Shown here piece by piece: positions 6,620-14,484 of a stretch of 16,380 nt of DNA. The stretch lies in assembly GCA_041686025.1 (NCBI GenBank), contig JAWLEP010000051.1, positions 1 to 16,380 on the forward strand. The letters are read 5' to 3'. The position numbers and the translations under genes are program-made. Origin of the DNA: Candidatus Fermentibacteraceae bacterium. Its GTDB lineage: Bacteria > Fermentibacterota > Fermentibacteria > Fermentibacterales > JCC-6. The notes beneath the pieces were generated by a model. That model made no database searches. It was not told the DNA's origin and worked only from the letters and a program-made list of their open reading frames with translations. Every line of letters starts with the position of its first letter. Positions within the stretch are counted from its first letter, which is position 1.

Positions 6620-9600
6620 CTGCAGTCTTGGGTTCGCCTGATCTTCCGACCCCTCGAGGGCTTCGTCTTCGCCGCCGGTGACTGCCAGGGGCTTCTCGGC
6701 GTGGAGGGCCGCGTCCTCCTGGACAGCCCCGAGCCGCTGACGCTTCTTCCGGAATACGTGCGGGACCTGCTGCTGAACGGAGATCCAGACCAGCCAGCCC
6801 TTCTTCGGGGGGAGTCGGCCTGCGGTACGGCCCGCCCCACGGACGAGGGTCTGGAGATACTGCTCTTCCCCTCGGAGGGCTGGAAGGGCGAGGGCGGAAC
6901 CCTGGTGGAGGACCTGGCCGCGGGAGTGGCCGGCCTTGACGTAAAGGGCGTGGTCCGGATCTGGAACCGCACCATGGAGAACCTCTTCCACATTCCCAGG
7001 GACTACGCCGTGGGCAAGCGGCTGGAGGACCTCCTCAGACCCCCCCTCCTCTACAGCTGGGACACCGTGATATCGCGTACCCTCCAGGGAAGACAGATGA
7101 AGGTGGAGTGCCGGCCGGGTCAGGACAGGCGGGTGGAGGCCAGGTTCTCGCAGACCAGCAGCGGCGCCGTGGGAACATTCCTCGATACCACCGAGAGCTA
7201 CCTGACCGAGAAGCGCCTTCGCACCAACCGGAAGATGAACCAGGCGTACTTCCAGAGCATCAGCTCGGGTCTGGTCCTCTTCGGCTCCGACTTTCGGATT
7301 CTGGTTTCCAACCGCGCCTTCGGGAAGCTGTTCGGGGCCAGCGAGAGCCTGCTGGGCATGCCCCTCTACGAGGTCCTGCCCGAGGAGAGCTTCCGCAGGA
7401 TAGAGTCGGCTTCCAAGGCGATCTTCAACGGCCACGACGGTGCCGAGTCCGATCTGGGAGTGGTGGAGTACCGGCGCCCCGACGGCTCCGCAGCCGTGAT
7501 GATGCAGCGAATCAAGCCCCTGATGTCGGAGGAGGGGCGTGTGACCTACTGCGTCGGAATACTGGAGGACATCACTCCATCGGTGAGGGCGGAGAGGAAC
7601 CTCCAGCTCTGCAATGAGAGACTGGAGGCCGGAGGCCGGCTGGTGGCGGCCTCCCGGCTGCGGTCGGTGGCCGAGATGGCCGAGTCCTACGCCGAGGCCC
7701 TCGTGGGGGCCCTGGCCGCCAGCGCCACGGCCGTATACCTCTACGACCCCTACTCCAAGACAAACCTGGCCGGCAGCGCAGGCCAGTGGCCCCAGCCGCC
7801 GCCCCAGGACTTCGCCGACCTGGGGCTCCCCTCCAGCGTATGGACCTCGGAGGAGGGCGTTCTTCTGCGGGATGACGAGATGGGAGGCGCCTGCGCCGGG
7901 CTGGGCAGCTACCTGGTTGTTCCGGTGGGAGAGGGCTCCAGCACCTCCGGGTTCCTGCTGGCGGCCTTTGAGGAGGAGGCCGGGGGAAGGGACCTCTTCG
8001 AGATGGGCAGGCTGGCGGCGAGGCTTCTCTACCTGCGCCTCCAGACCCTGAAGGAACGCTCGGAGAGGGAGCGCCTGGAGTACCTGGTGGACAGGCACGG
8101 CAGCTTCCTTTCCGCCATGGCGGGGGAGCTCTCCATACCCTTCGCCCTCTTCGGCGGCGACATGAAGGTGCTGGCCTGGAATGAGGCGATGGCCGATGCA
8201 ACCGGACTCAGCCTGGAGAAGGCCACCGCCAGTCCGCAGAACGCGGTGGACACCCTCTTCCAGCCCGCGGGCGGACTGGGGCAGGTGCGCAAGTGGATGG
8301 GGGGCGCCAACGAGGCCGACCTGCCCATGATATGGTCGCTGGACGGGGACGGGGACGCCTCGAGATACGCGTGGAAGGTGGCCCTGCTGGAATCACCGGT
8401 GGGGGTCAACGTGGAGCAGGTGCTGGTGGTCTCCGGCGTTCCGGTGAAGGACGGGTCGCTTCTGGAGAAGGCGAACAGGGCGTGTGACGCCTACCGGAAA
8501 CTGGAGAGGGCCATCCTCCGCATATTCACCGCGGCGGACGACCAGGTGGTGGCGGACACCCTCTCGGAGACCCTGGTGGATATGACGAAAGCAACGCGTA
8601 CCCGGGTGGAGCTGGTGACGGGTGCCGTATCGGAGCGTGCCAGTTCGGGCAGGTCGGAAGACGGGGAAGAGGCCTCCGAGCTGGACATCGTCTGGAAGAA
8701 GCAGCACCTGGGCTCCTGCACGGTGGAGGCAGGAACGGTCTCCACCCAGGCCAGGGAGCTGGTATCCGCCGCGGCCACCGCTCTTTCGAGCCTCTCCTAC
8801 AGGAGGATGGGCAGGATGCTCAGCCACAGGGAGGCGCAGACGGGCCACTTCTTCACCGACCTCCAGGGACGCGTCCTCTCCTACCTCAGGGATAGGGCGG
8901 GCAGCATATCCGAGATACTCCCGGATGTCCCGCAGGAGGCCCTGGAGGAAGTGATGGAGCTGGCGGGGAGGACCGGGCGCGGCGTGCATCGCTCTTCGGC
9001 GGATGGGGGGGAGCGATTCCTGGTGGCCAGGAGGCTCACCTGCTCCCAGGCCTCCGAGCAGGTCCTGCACTGGGAGTGGACCGACTGTGCCGACGAGAGC
9101 GATGAAGCCCCGGGAAGCGGGTGCGCAGACGCAGTGGGCTCCCGGCTCATGACCCTGCTGGGTACGCTCTCCGCGTCGCTGCAGTCCAACCTGAACGCCA
9201 TAGCCAGGGTCCTGGAGAAGGACGATCCCGTCAAGAGCGCCGTGAGCTCGTCCATCTACGAGTTCGCCGGCATGGGGAGGGTTATCTTCTACATGTCCCT
9301 GTTCGAGGCCGTGAGGCAAAAGCCCCGAAGGCCGCTGAGCCTGGAGGAGCTTGCCGACGACCTGGTCAAGAGGGCCGTCAGGAAGGGAAGCCGTCCGCCG
9401 GACATCAGCATGGGCGAGGGCCTTCCCCTGGTCATGGGGCAGTACGATACCCTGCTGGACCTGGTGGAGAGGCTGATGATGCTGTCTCACGCCCGCGGCT
9501 TTCTCTCCATACATTTCGACTCACTGGAATCCCACCCACAAGGGGACGAATCGGTCTCGAGCCTGGGAGGGGGCCCGCTGCTGGCGGTGACCCTGGGCTT

Positions 9601-9784
9601 CGGCAGCGACACCCCGGAGCCTTCCGGATTCGCAGACCTCCTGATGGAGGCGGACTCGGGCTTCCTCAGCAGGGCCACCGAGCTGGGCATGCTGAGGATG
9701 GTCATGCGCCTCTCCGGCGGCGACCTGCTGGTCTCCCCCGACCGGGGGACCGTCCGGGTCATACTGCCGCTGGCCGGCGACTGA
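6620..9784 (+). CDS. Soluble multi-PAS/GAF sensor protein with degenerate histidine-kinase-like C-terminus (start CTG 6620 or GTG 6701)
   Basis: PAS-like segments: 'AGVAGLDVKGVVRIWNRTMENLF..AVGKRL', 'SGLVLFGSDFRILVSNRAF...GILEDIT', 'IPFALFGGDMKVLAWNEAMADATG'. GAF-like 'LAASATAVYLYD...SYLVVPV...GFL'. C-terminal HATPase-like remnant 'LPLV...LSGGDLLVSPDRGTVRVILP'. No signal peptide or clear TM helix. Confidence 0.75.
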   Translation: MQSWVRLIFRPLEGFVFAAGDCQGLLGVEGRVLLDSPEPLTLLPEYVRDLLLNGDPDQPALLRGESACGTARPTDEGLEILLFPSEGWKGEGGTLVEDLAAGVAGLDVKGVVRIWNRTMENLFHIPRDYAVGKRLEDLLRPPLLYSWDTVISRTLQGRQMKVECRPGQDRRVEARFSQTSSGAVGTFLDTTESYLTEKRLRTNRKMNQAYFQSISSGLVLFGSDFRILVSNRAFGKLFGASESLLGMPLYEVLPEESFRRIESASKAIFNGHDGAESDLGVVEYRRPDGSAAVMMQRIKPLMSEEGRVTYCVGILEDITPSVRAERNLQLCNERLEAGGRLVAASRLRSVAEMAESYAEALVGALAASATAVYLYDPYSKTNLAGSAGQWPQPPPQDFADLGLPSSVWTSEEGVLLRDDEMGGACAGLGSYLVVPVGEGSSTSGFLLAAFEEEAGGRDLFEMGRLAARLLYLRLQTLKERSERERLEYLVDRHGSFLSAMAGELSIPFALFGGDMKVLAWNEAMADATGLSLEKATASPQNAVDTLFQPAGGLGQVRKWMGGANEADLPMIWSLDGDGDASRYAWKVALLESPVGVNVEQVLVVSGVPVKDGSLLEKANRACDAYRKLERAILRIFTAADDQVVADTLSETLVDMTKATRTRVELVTGAVSERASSGRSEDGEEASELDIVWKKQHLGSCTVEAGTVSTQARELVSAAATALSSLSYRRMGRMLSHREAQTGHFFTDLQGRVLSYLRDRAGSISEILPDVPQEALEEVMELAGRTGRGVHRSSADGGERFLVARRLTCSQASEQVLHWEWTDCADESDEAPGSGCADAVGSRLMTLLGTLSASLQSNLNAIARVLEKDDPVKSAVSSSIYEFAGMGRVIFYMSLFEAVRQKPRRPLSLEELADDLVKRAVRKGSRPPDISMGEGLPLVMGQYDTLLDLVERLMMLSHARGFLSIHFDSLESHPQGDESVSSLGGGPLLAVTLGFGSDTPEPSGFADLLMEADSGFLSRATELGMLRMVMRLSGGDLLVSPDRGTVRVILPLAGD

Positions 9785-9804
9785 GAGCCCGTCCCACCCC
9801 ATCT

Positions 9805-9833
9805 TTGCCCGCAGGCTGGGCCTTTCGTATACT
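9805..9833 (+). promoter_or_regulatory. Putative sigma70 promoter for leuS
   Basis: TTGCCC (9805-9810), 17 bp spacer, TATACT (9828-9833), about 40 nt upstream of the leuS start. Confidence 0.6.
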
Positions 9834-9873
9834 CCCCCTTCATTCTGACACGTTCCTGGGAGGAGGCAAGGCA

Positions 9874-12336
9874 GTGGACAGCTACGACTACACAGAGATC
9901 GAGAAGCGCTGGAAGCCCGTATGGCGCGACATGGGTCTCTACCGCACCGGAACCGACCCCGGCCGGGAGCCCTTCTACTGCCTCGACTTCTTTCCCTACC
10001 CCTCGGGGGCCGGACTGTCTGTGGGCCACTGCCGCAACTACGTTCCCACCGACGTTATCTCCCGCAAGAAGCGGATGGACGGCTACAACGTGCTGCACCC
10101 AATGGGATGGGACGCCTTCGGTCAGCCGGCGGAGGAGTACGCCATCAAGACCGGCACCCATCCGGCGGAGGTCACCACGGAGAACACCGCCACCTACCGC
10201 AGGCAGATGGAGCTGATCGAGGCCAGCTACGACTGGGACAGGGAGGTGAACTCCAGCGACCCCGACTACTACAGGTGGACCCAGTTCTTCTTCCTGCTGC
10301 TGTACGACCGGGGCCTGGCCTACCAGGCGGACAACTACCAGATGTGGTGCCCGGAGTGCAAGATAGTCCTCTCCAACGAGGAGGCCGCCGGAGGCAGGTG
10401 CTGGCGCTGCGACGGCGAGGTAACCCGCAAGAAGCTGCGCCAGTGGTACTTCAGGATTACCGAGTACGCCGACCGCCTGCTGCGCGACCTGGATGGCCTG
10501 GACTGGCCCGAGGGCATCAAGGCCATGCAGCGCAACTGGATCGGCCGCTCCGAGGGCGCCGAGGTGGACTTCACGGTGCAGACCACGGACGGCCCGGTGG
10601 TCATACCCGTCTACACCACCAGGCTGGACACCATCTACGGGGCCACCTTCTGCGTGCTGGCCCCGGAGCACCCCGATGTGGAGCGGATTACCACGGCCGA
10701 CATGCGCGCCGAGGTGGAGCAGTACGTCCGGGAGGCCCGTGCGAAGAGCGATTTGGAGAGGATGGAGGCCAGCGAGCGGGAGAAGACCGGCGTGTTTACC
10801 GGCGCTTACGCCGAGAACCCCTACAACGGCGAGAAGGTGCCCGTGTACGTGGCCGATTACGTCCTGGCCGGCTATGGAACCGCGGCCATCATGGCCGTCC
10901 CGGCCCACGACGAGCGCGATCACTCCTTCGCCCGCCGGCACGGCCTGCCCATCGTAGAGGTGATAGCCCCCGGCGGAGTCCCCCAGGGGGTGGAGGAGCA
11001 CGCCACGGTGGCCGACGGCAGTCTGCTCAACTCCGGCCCCTTCGACGGCATGGAATCCGGGGAGGCCCGGAGAAAGATGGCCGAGTACGCCGAGGAGAAG
11101 GGATTCGGCCGGGCCGACGTCCGCTTCCGGATACGCGACTGGCTGGTTAGCCGCCAGCGCTACTGGGGCGCTCCCATACCCATAGTCCACTGCGAGAGGT
11201 GCGGCACGGTACCCGACCGCGACCTGCCGGTAACGCTTCCGGAGGTGGAGAGCTACGAGCCCGACGACACCGGCCGCAGCCCCCTGGCCCGCGCCGGGGA
11301 CTGGGTGAGAACCGTCTGCCCCGAGTGCGGGGGTCCCGCCCGCCGGGACACCAGCACAATGGCGGGCTTCGCCTGCTCCAGCTGGTACTTCCTGCGGTTC
11401 GCCTCGCCGCATGAGAAGGACCGGCCCTTCGACCCGGAGGCGGTGCGCTACTGGCTGCCGGTGGACCTCTACGTGGGCGGCGCCGAGCACGCGGTGATGC
11501 ACCTGATCTACGCCCGGTTCTGGACCAAGGTGATGTACGACGCGGGCATGGTGGATTTCTCCGAGCCCTTCAGCACCCTGAAGAACCAGGGCATGCTGCT
11601 GGGCGAGGACCACGTGAAGATGTCCAAGTCCCGGGGCAACGTCGTCACCCCCGACGAGATGGTGGACCGCTACGGCGCCGACGCCCTGCGGCTCTACATT
11701 CTCTTCATGGGCCCCTTCGAGGCCGAGCTGGAGTGGAGCGAGGAGGGCATCGCCGGAACCGCCAGGTTCGTAAATCGCCTGTGGAACCTCTTCTGCGAGA
11801 CCGGCGAGGTGGAGCCCGGAGACGTGAACGAGGGCCCCGAGCGCGAGCTGCGCTACCGCCTGGCCCACACGGTGAAGAAGGTCACCGGGGACGTGGATTC
11901 CTTCCAGTTCAACACCGCCGTGGCCGCCATGATGGAGCTTACCAACTACATGTCGGCCAACCGCGAGACCGCCTCCGCCTTCGGCCCCACCTGGCGGGAG
12001 GCGGTCCGCAAGGTGCTGGTGATGCTGGCGCCCATGGCCCCCTTCGTCTCCGAGGAGCTCTGGCACCGCCTGGGCTTCGCCGACGGAGAGCGGGACACCG
12101 TCCACCTCCAGCCCTGGCCGGAGTACGACGAGGAGGACCTGCAGCGGGACACGGTGGAGATAGTGGTGCAGGTGAAGGGCAAGATCCGTGACAGGATCGA
12201 CGTGCCCGCCGACGCCGACAGGGCCACGATGGAGGAGCTGGCCCTGAGGAGCGGGCGCATCCGCGAGATACTGGGAGGGAAAGGGCCCAGCCGGGTGATA
12301 GTGGTCCCCGGCCGTCTGGTGAACATCATCCCCTGA
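9874..12336 (+). CDS. leuS: Leucine--tRNA ligase (bacterial type), 820 aa
   Basis: GTG start at 9874 after GGAGGAGG. Motifs FPYPSG-GLSVGH (HIGH position), HPMGWDAFG, Zn knuckles, CP1 editing domain (TTRLDT, AIMAVPAHDERD), DWLVSRQRYWGAPIP, YVGGAEHAVMHL, KMSKS and C-terminal VQVKGKIR. Confidence 0.98.
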   Translation: MDSYDYTEIEKRWKPVWRDMGLYRTGTDPGREPFYCLDFFPYPSGAGLSVGHCRNYVPTDVISRKKRMDGYNVLHPMGWDAFGQPAEEYAIKTGTHPAEVTTENTATYRRQMELIEASYDWDREVNSSDPDYYRWTQFFFLLLYDRGLAYQADNYQMWCPECKIVLSNEEAAGGRCWRCDGEVTRKKLRQWYFRITEYADRLLRDLDGLDWPEGIKAMQRNWIGRSEGAEVDFTVQTTDGPVVIPVYTTRLDTIYGATFCVLAPEHPDVERITTADMRAEVEQYVREARAKSDLERMEASEREKTGVFTGAYAENPYNGEKVPVYVADYVLAGYGTAAIMAVPAHDERDHSFARRHGLPIVEVIAPGGVPQGVEEHATVADGSLLNSGPFDGMESGEARRKMAEYAEEKGFGRADVRFRIRDWLVSRQRYWGAPIPIVHCERCGTVPDRDLPVTLPEVESYEPDDTGRSPLARAGDWVRTVCPECGGPARRDTSTMAGFACSSWYFLRFASPHEKDRPFDPEAVRYWLPVDLYVGGAEHAVMHLIYARFWTKVMYDAGMVDFSEPFSTLKNQGMLLGEDHVKMSKSRGNVVTPDEMVDRYGADALRLYILFMGPFEAELEWSEEGIAGTARFVNRLWNLFCETGEVEPGDVNEGPERELRYRLAHTVKKVTGDVDSFQFNTAVAAMMELTNYMSANRETASAFGPTWREAVRKVLVMLAPMAPFVSEELWHRLGFADGERDTVHLQPWPEYDEEDLQRDTVEIVVQVKGKIRDRIDVPADADRATMEELALRSGRIREILGGKGPSRVIVVPGRLVNIIP

Positions 12337-12356
12337 CCCCCGGCCCCCGCAGGGCA

Positions 12357-12394
12357 CAGAAAAAGGGCCCCGGCACTTGCCGGGGCCCTCTCTG
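12357..12394. terminator. Bidirectional intrinsic terminator between convergent leuS and the S8 protease gene
   Basis: Stem AGGGCCCCGGC (12364-12374) / GCCGGGGCCCT (12379-12389) with loop ACTT. An A5 tract on the left gives a U tract on the minus strand; TCTCT lies on the right. Confidence 0.8.
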
Positions 12395-12411
12395 CTATAC
12401 GTGAAGCCTCG

Positions 12412-14172
12412 CTAGCGGAGCACCGTCATCCGCTGCGTGGTCTCGCCGAACGGCGTGGATGCCTTGAGGAAGTACACGCCGTTGCTCATGCCGCCGGGTA
12501 CCGTCCAGCTGAAGCTGTTCGAGCCCCGCGGCACCTCTCCGCTGTGCACCGTGGCGATGTTGCGGCCCGCCAGGTCGTAGACGGAGATGGTAGCGTCGGT
12601 GGCCGTGCCCGAGTAGAGGGTGACAAGCGCCGAGCCCCTTACGGGGTTGGGGGTCACCCGGGACAGCTGCAGGCCGGGCTGGCCCACTGCCGCTCCTGTG
12701 CCCTCGGCGATGTCCACCAGCTCCAGGGCCCCCAGCACCGCAGCGTAGATGTCCACGCGGCCGGCGCCGTAGTAGTTGTCCTTGCCGGTGGCGCCCAGGT
12801 CTATGGATGTGACCTCCAGCAGCGAGTCCATCTGTGCGTTGGTCAGGTCGGGGTTGGCGCTCAGCATCAGCGACATGCATCCCGCCAGGTGCGGCGTGGC
12901 CATGGAGGTGCCGCTCATGGTGGTGTAGCCGTCGGGATCGTTGTAGTTGCAGCTGGTGATGTCCACTCCCGGTCCGCAGATGTCGGGGTCGATAAGCCCG
13001 ATCTCCGGGTCGGTGTCCGGGTAGTCGTTCCAGGGAGCGTCGTACATCCAGGTGGAGTATCCCAGGCTGGAGAAGTACGCCAGGTTGTCGCCGTCGTCCG
13101 TGGCGCCTACAGTGATGCAGGCGGAGAACCCCCCGTCGGTGGTCTGGTCGGGATGGTGCCAGGGCGGCGGGCAGTCGCCGGGAGTGCGGATGTCGCCCCA
13201 GTCGTCGGGGCTGCCGCTCTCGTTGCCTGCGGCTATGGCGTGATGTATCCCGGCGGCCAGTACGTTCTCCTCGCCCTCGCGCCATGTCTGGCGGTCGGGG
13301 CTCTGGCTCTGCGGCCATCCCAGCGAGGTGGTGATCACATGGGCGCCCTGCTCGATGCTGAACTCGAAGGCGTCCCATACGTCCTGCTCGTCGCCGAAGG
13401 TTGTCCCGACCCGGAGCGCCATGATGGTGGACTGCGGCGCCACGCCGCAGGTGGTGCCGGCGTTGCCGTTGCTGGCCACCGACCCTGCGCAGTGGGTGCC
13501 GTGGCCGCTCTGGTCCATGGGATCGTCGTCGCCGTCGGCGAAGTCCCAGCCGTAGTGATATCCTGCGTCGGTGTCGTGCCACATCTGGTTGTGCAGGTCT
13601 ATGTGGTTGTAGTTGACACCGGTGTCCACGACGCTGACGATTATGCCGTCACCCTCGTAGCCCATGTCCCAGACGTCGGGGGCGTTGATCTGGTCCACGC
13701 CCCAGGCGTTGGCCCGGCCCAGCTCCTCGCTGGTGGCGTCACGCTCGTCGACGGGCTCTATCAGGATGTCCTCGAAGGTTTTGATGTCCACCCACAGGAC
13801 GTCGTCCCTGGAAGCCATGGCCCGGATCACCTCCGGTGTGGCGTAGCAGCCCACGGCGTTCACTATCCAGTTGGTGTGGATGTCATCAACTGTGGCATCC
13901 GGATAGCTCTCAAGAGCATCCAGTATCGGCTGCTGGGTCTGCTGTGCCGTCTCCTGCATCACCTCGACGGCGAACTCCCGCCGCTGCTGCGGCGTCATGC
14001 CGGCCGCAACCTGGTTGATGTAGTCCACATCGGCTCTGCCCACCGGCTTGATCAGTACCGGTATCAGCTGGTCGGAGCCGGCCAGGGCCAGCTCGTCCCG
14101 CAGGGGCTGCGTGACCGATCCGGCCGCTGCCGTAGCCGCCAGAAGAGCCGCAATAAGGAGGACCTTCTTCAT
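12412..14172 (-). CDS. Secreted S8 (subtilisin-like) serine protease with propeptide and T9SS-type C-terminal sorting domain
   Basis: Signal peptide MKKVLLIAALLAATAAA; I9-like prodomain; triad VVDTG, HGTHCAG, GTSMATP; oxyanion AAGNE; CTD 'TPNPVRG...SVYDLAGRNIA...GVYFLK...TQRMTVLR'. Confidence 0.95.
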   Translation of the reverse strand: MKKVLLIAALLAATAAAGSVTQPLRDELALAGSDQLIPVLIKPVGRADVDYINQVAAGMTPQQRREFAVEVMQETAQQTQQPILDALESYPDATVDDIHTNWIVNAVGCYATPEVIRAMASRDDVLWVDIKTFEDILIEPVDERDATSEELGRANAWGVDQINAPDVWDMGYEGDGIIVSVVDTGVNYNHIDLHNQMWHDTDAGYHYGWDFADGDDDPMDQSGHGTHCAGSVASNGNAGTTCGVAPQSTIMALRVGTTFGDEQDVWDAFEFSIEQGAHVITTSLGWPQSQSPDRQTWREGEENVLAAGIHHAIAAGNESGSPDDWGDIRTPGDCPPPWHHPDQTTDGGFSACITVGATDDGDNLAYFSSLGYSTWMYDAPWNDYPDTDPEIGLIDPDICGPGVDITSCNYNDPDGYTTMSGTSMATPHLAGCMSLMLSANPDLTNAQMDSLLEVTSIDLGATGKDNYYGAGRVDIYAAVLGALELVDIAEGTGAAVGQPGLQLSRVTPNPVRGSALVTLYSGTATDATISVYDLAGRNIATVHSGEVPRGSNSFSWTVPGGMSNGVYFLKASTPFGETTQRMTVLR

Positions 14173-14386
14173 CTCTCTCCCTTCCTTCCCGGGCCGCGAT
14201 GGCCCGCTGATGGTTCTGCCTTCCTTTGGACCGGATCTCTCCGGGCCTTTTCCGACTGGAAAATATACTTTCCGACTTCAGGTGAAATAGCCATCGGGAA
14301 GAATCGGTTCCCGCCGGAGGGAGAGATGGAGGAAGGCAGGTCCCGGCCACTTTCCGGTAATCTTCAGTGATGCAGCTTCCACAAAT

Positions 14387-14415
14387 AGACTAATAACCCG
14401 GAGGGGCGTGGTCTA
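14387..14415 (-). promoter_or_regulatory. Putative sigma70 promoter giving a ~200-nt 5' leader to the S8 protease gene
   Basis: On the minus strand, TAGACC (14410-14415), 17 bp spacer, TAGTCT (14387-14392), just downstream of the C25 3' hairpin. Confidence 0.4.
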
Positions 14416-14424
14416 GTCCGCGGA

Positions 14425-14466
14425 ATGGCCGAAGGGGCGCCCCCATGGGAGCGCCCCTTGTGCCAT
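14425..14466 (-). terminator. Hairpin 3' of the C25 gene (terminator or stability element)
   Basis: AAGGGGCGC (14432-14440) / GCGCCCCTT (14451-14459), extendable with ATGGC / GCCAT; about 20 nt after the stop; weak U tract. Confidence 0.5.
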
Positions 14467-14484
14467 GCGGCCTGTGCAGGGCTT

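Noticed and set aside
9121..9873. 251-aa N-terminal extension of LeuRS in the ORF track
   Set aside because: It overlaps the PAS protein out of frame. A promoter, SD and GTG at 9874 give a normal LeuRS N-terminus.
9785..9873. T-box or attenuator upstream of leuS
   Set aside because: The spacer is only 89 bp, with a promoter about 40 nt from the start, and has no T-box motif or leader peptide.
9487..12357. Long antisense ORFs (956 aa here; also 1222-2151, 1923-3815, 6566-8098, 8393-9514, 12544-14370, 14425-15939)
   Set aside because: They mirror well-supported genes, carry no recognisable motifs, and are expected from high GC3 codon bias.
14326..14370. Plus-strand 14-aa sORF MEEGRSRPLSGNLQ with a GGAGG SD
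   Set aside because: No convincing -35 for a plus-strand promoter and no coding signal. The SD-like sequence is simply the complement of the anti-RBS tract.
14200..14380. Partial resemblance of the S8 leader to c-di-AMP (ydaO), glycine or cobalamin riboswitches
   Set aside because: Only short words match (CACUGAA, GGAGAGA, GACCUGCC). The conserved cores and their order are missing.
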